DNA from: a virus
Taxonomy: Duplodnaviria; Caudoviricetes
Strand: one strand, 5' to 3'
IMG/VR virus record: IMGVR_UViG_3300037462_000153
Location: 1-46,081 of that record
DNA: 46,081 nt
Made by a program: the position numbers and the translations under genes. Under the pieces are notes generated by a model. The model was not told the DNA's origin. It saw nothing but the letters and a program-made list of their open reading frames with translations, and ran no database searches. Of this stretch, positions 43,494-46,081 are shown piece after piece; the stretch's first letter is position 1, and every line of letters starts with the position of its first letter.

Positions 43494-45002
43494 TTAAATC
43501 AGAATGTGGGTGCCTTCGACCTTGCGGATCGCGTCATCCTTGGCGTACACGAGCGTGTAAACCGCCTTGAATTCCGTCCGGCCGTCGGTCGTGACATACG
43601 ATTGCATTTCAGCGTTGAGCCAATAGCCCTTGTCCTGCACCTGATACCATGCGAGGTCGTCGCCGGTAATGTCGGTGATGTAGAGCTTTTGAACCGTGGT
43701 CAGCGCCTTGTCCACGCTGATGACGCCGTTGAATAGCGCCGGGTCAATCGCGCCCTCCTGGAGAACCGCGATCAGCGCGCCGCGACCCGAGGCATTGGCC
43801 GGGATCCGACCCACCGACAGGAGCAATGACAGGATGACGGCGCGGGCCGTGTCCTTGAGCCACATTTCGTTGGCGTAGGTGTTCTGGTCGGTCGGGTCGG
43901 TCGTTCCGCCGCCGAGCACGCCGCGCTGATAGAAGGCGATCAGCTGGCCGGCGGTCTGCGTCACGCCGTAATAGTTAATCCGCAGGGCGTCCAGTTCGGC
44001 CGACAGTGTGTTGGTGCTGACCTTGGCGGTGATACCGTCGAAATTCAGCTGGAACATGTAGTTCTGCACGCTGTTGCGGCGCGTGTAGTCGGTCGCGGCC
44101 AAGATGGTCATGGGGATCATCTCGTCATACTGGTCGGCGATCGGCGCATATGTCAGGGCGTTGCCTGGAATGCTGATCAGCGCCGCGCCAAGGGCCGCGC
44201 GGTTCGTGTCGTCGCAGCGCACGCAATACATGAATTCCACGTTGCGCTCGCCGTTCCATTCCGCCACTTCCACCACCTCGTCGGTCGTGAGCTCGGGCAT
44301 GAACAGGAACGATCCGAAGTTGGTCGACAGGTCGGCGTTGGTGTTGAGCGTGTCGGTCAGGCTGGTGACGTCGACGCCGGGCGAGAACACCGCGGACGGC
44401 CCCCAACCGATGCGGGTTGCAATGTCGTTGACCGTGCCGGTGACGAGTACCGAGATGGGCGCTTCCTCGGCGACGGTGCCGGCGAAGTTGAACGCGCCCG
44501 CCGTTGCGTCGTACGTGACCACAGCTGTCGCAAACTGCGCGCCCGTGGCGGCGCGAATGGCCGTCTGCAGGATCGTGGCGATTGCGGCAAAGCTGGCCGC
44601 GCCAGAAAAGTCCAAGCCGGTCAGGCTGGCGGTGTTGGCGCCCGCCGTGAGCGACAGTGTGCCGGTCGTGATAAGGTTGAGGTCGGCGAGGGTGACGGTC
44701 AGGCGCGAACCGTAGATGCGCGGGACGCTGGCAACCTCGGCCCACCGCGCAAACTGCAGCTTGCGCGGGCTCGAAATGTTCTTGCTGATCCACGAGAAAT
44801 AGAACAGCGCCCGGGCGTATTCCTCAGAGCTCGACCCGAAATAGGTTGCCGCGTCGGCCGCCGTGGTCAGTTCCACAACGCTGTCGATCGGCACGCGCGG
44901 GTTGGCCGTGAAGATGCGACCGATGAGGTCGCGCTGTCGGACGGTGCCCGCGCCCCCCACGCCGCTGACAATGTCAACGTATTTGGAAATGCTGATGGCC
45001 AT
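43494..45002 (-). CDS. Contractile tail sheath protein (DUF3383-like)
   Basis: [36 protein letters not shown] and [12 protein letters not shown] motifs. Confidence 0.9.
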   Translation of the reverse strand: MAISISKYVDIVSGVGGAGTVRQRDLIGRIFTANPRVPIDSVVELTTAADAATYFGSSSEEYARALFYFSWISKNISSPRKLQFARWAEVASVPRIYGSRLTVTLADLNLITTGTLSLTAGANTASLTGLDFSGAASFAAIATILQTAIRAATGAQFATAVVTYDATAGAFNFAGTVAEEAPISVLVTGTVNDIATRIGWGPSAVFSPGVDVTSLTDTLNTNADLSTNFGSFLFMPELTTDEVVEVAEWNGERNVEFMYCVRCDDTNRAALGAALISIPGNALTYAPIADQYDEMIPMTILAATDYTRRNSVQNYMFQLNFDGITAKVSTNTLSAELDALRINYYGVTQTAGQLIAFYQRGVLGGGTTDPTDQNTYANEMWLKDTARAVILSLLLSVGRIPANASGRGALIAVLQEGAIDPALFNGVISVDKALTTVQKLYITDITGDDLAWYQVQDKGYWLNAEMQSYVTTDGRTEFKAVYTLVYAKDDAIRKVEGTHILI

Positions 45003-45003
45003 T

Positions 45004-45555
45004 TTACACCCTTCCAGTGACCGGTTCGAAAGTGACTACCGGCGGCGTTGTCGTTGTAAGCGTCTCGGGGTACACCAACACCAGGTCGAAGATCGGCCAC
45101 GCCTCATATTGATCGCTTTCGTTGACCCATTGAATGAGCCGGATATCAGCGATGCGAAGCGGGCGAACACCTTGAACGGCAAGCGCGGTCAGTCCCTTGT
45201 CGGACTGTAGAATATCCGACGCCGCTTTGCAAATATCCATCGCGGACGGCAGCGTGAGAAAATCGGGGCTCTCGGGGTTGCGCCGGGCGGTGCAGCCGAC
45301 CTGAACGGTGGCGTTCCACCATTGCAACATCGTGCCCACCATATCGGCGTCGCCAGCCGGGGTGTACTTGCGGCCCAACGCGCCGACACGGTACGAGCCG
45401 ACAAACTGCATGGTGACCTGCGGGGGTGCCGGGATGCCCACGGTTAGCGGCTGGAAGACCTGTTTAACCTGCACGTCTTCGTATAGCTCGCCCTTGTCGG
45501 CGAGGCCCGCCAGCAGCGTGTTGCGCAGGAGCGTGGCGAGGGCGTTAGATTGCAT
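45004..45555 (-). CDS. Tail terminator / neck protein
   Basis: Immediately upstream of the sheath; NESDQYEAWPIFD motif. Confidence 0.7.
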   Translation of the reverse strand: MQSNALATLLRNTLLAGLADKGELYEDVQVKQVFQPLTVGIPAPPQVTMQFVGSYRVGALGRKYTPAGDADMVGTMLQWWNATVQVGCTARRNPESPDFLTLPSAMDICKAASDILQSDKGLTALAVQGVRPLRIADIRLIQWVNESDQYEAWPIFDLVLVYPETLTTTTPPVVTFEPVTGRV

Positions 45556-45919
45556 TGGTCACCTCGACACACAAAATGCTTTCCCACCCATCTTGCGGGA
45601 ACCATTCGGTTTTGCTTTCGATCTGCCAGGTTTTGCCGTTGTACGTGAGCCGGTCGCCCGTCTTGTCCCGGTCGACGTCCTGCATGGGCTGCGACGCGTA
45701 GAACGTGGCGTAATTCTTGGTCATGTCCAGCCCGAGTTGCTGGATAAGCGACGCGCTCACCGGCTGGAAACTGCCCCGGATCGTCACGGACGGTTGCCAC
45801 GTCGGCACGTCGACGCCCGCCGCGTTGGTCGTGATACCTTGGAAACGCCGCCAGCCGACGGCTTGGCTCGGGATGAGGCCCAAGGCCACGTTCAGGATAT
45901 TGCCGCCGGGGAATGACAT
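45545..45919 (-). CDS. Head closure / head-tail joining protein
   Basis: GSFQPV, QQLGLD, GDRLTYNGKTW and WFPQDGW motifs. Confidence 0.75.
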   Translation of the reverse strand: MSFPGGNILNVALGLIPSQAVGWRRFQGITTNAAGVDVPTWQPSVTIRGSFQPVSASLIQQLGLDMTKNYATFYASQPMQDVDRDKTGDRLTYNGKTWQIESKTEWFPQDGWESILCVEVTNAI

Positions 45920-45938
45920 GGTGCGCCCTTAATGTGCA

Positions 45939-45980
45939 AACGGCCCGCATGATAGCGGGCCGGGGGGTGCGGGGCAAGTG
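45939..45980 (-). promoter_or_regulatory. Hairpin-embedded promoter/terminator element, copy 2
   Basis: AACGGCCCGCATGATAGCGGGCCG identical to 1738-1761; TTGCCC-17-TATCAT. Confidence 0.6.
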
Positions 45981-46081
45981 AGGGGGTCAGGTTGGCGGGG
46001 GGTTCCGCTCAAACTCTTCGAATTCCGCGGCGGCGGCGTTTTCGACGTGCGTCAGACCGAGAACGACATACCCACGCTGCA

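Noticed and set aside
45955-46081. 127-bp terminal repeat as a physical DTR
   Set aside because: The length equals a typical assembly k-mer and the repeat cuts through a gene. It is best read as circular overlap.
1-46081. Integrase, att site, tRNA genes
   Set aside because: No recombinase motifs or cloverleaf structures were recognised by eye. A tRNAscan or HMM run would be needed to exclude them fully.

Overview
Apparently complete, circularly assembled genome (45,954 bp plus a 127-bp end overlap) of a GC-rich contractile-tailed dsDNA phage. Its head and tail genes resemble Bcep781/OP2-like myoviruses, and the host is probably an alphaproteobacterium (inference). The minus strand carries TerS/TerL, portal, F-like protein, prohead protease, capsid, neck, sheath, tube, chaperones, tape measure, baseplate and two tail fibres, interrupted by clusters of small genes. 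The plus strand carries an NrS-1-like primase-polymerase-helicase, an amino-MTase, a lysis cassette (GH19 endolysin, holin, overlapped spanins), a Cas4-like nuclease, SSB and a family A DNA polymerase. I found no integrase, tRNA or CRISPR. Highlights: (1) a 287-aa intein in PolA motif B whose HNH endonuclease is encoded in a different reading frame inside the intein; (2) a two-frame C5 methyltransferase; (3) ten TTGAC-N6-GTCAA operator/promoter palindromes heading small-gene cassettes, one directly before a TetR-like gene; (4) a CCUCCUCCC-loop cuckoo/CcsR-like hairpin pair after ssb; (5) a frameshifted GIY-YIG endonuclease under an RBS-sequestering hairpin with its own promoter. All family calls come from motif recognition by eye, not database searches.
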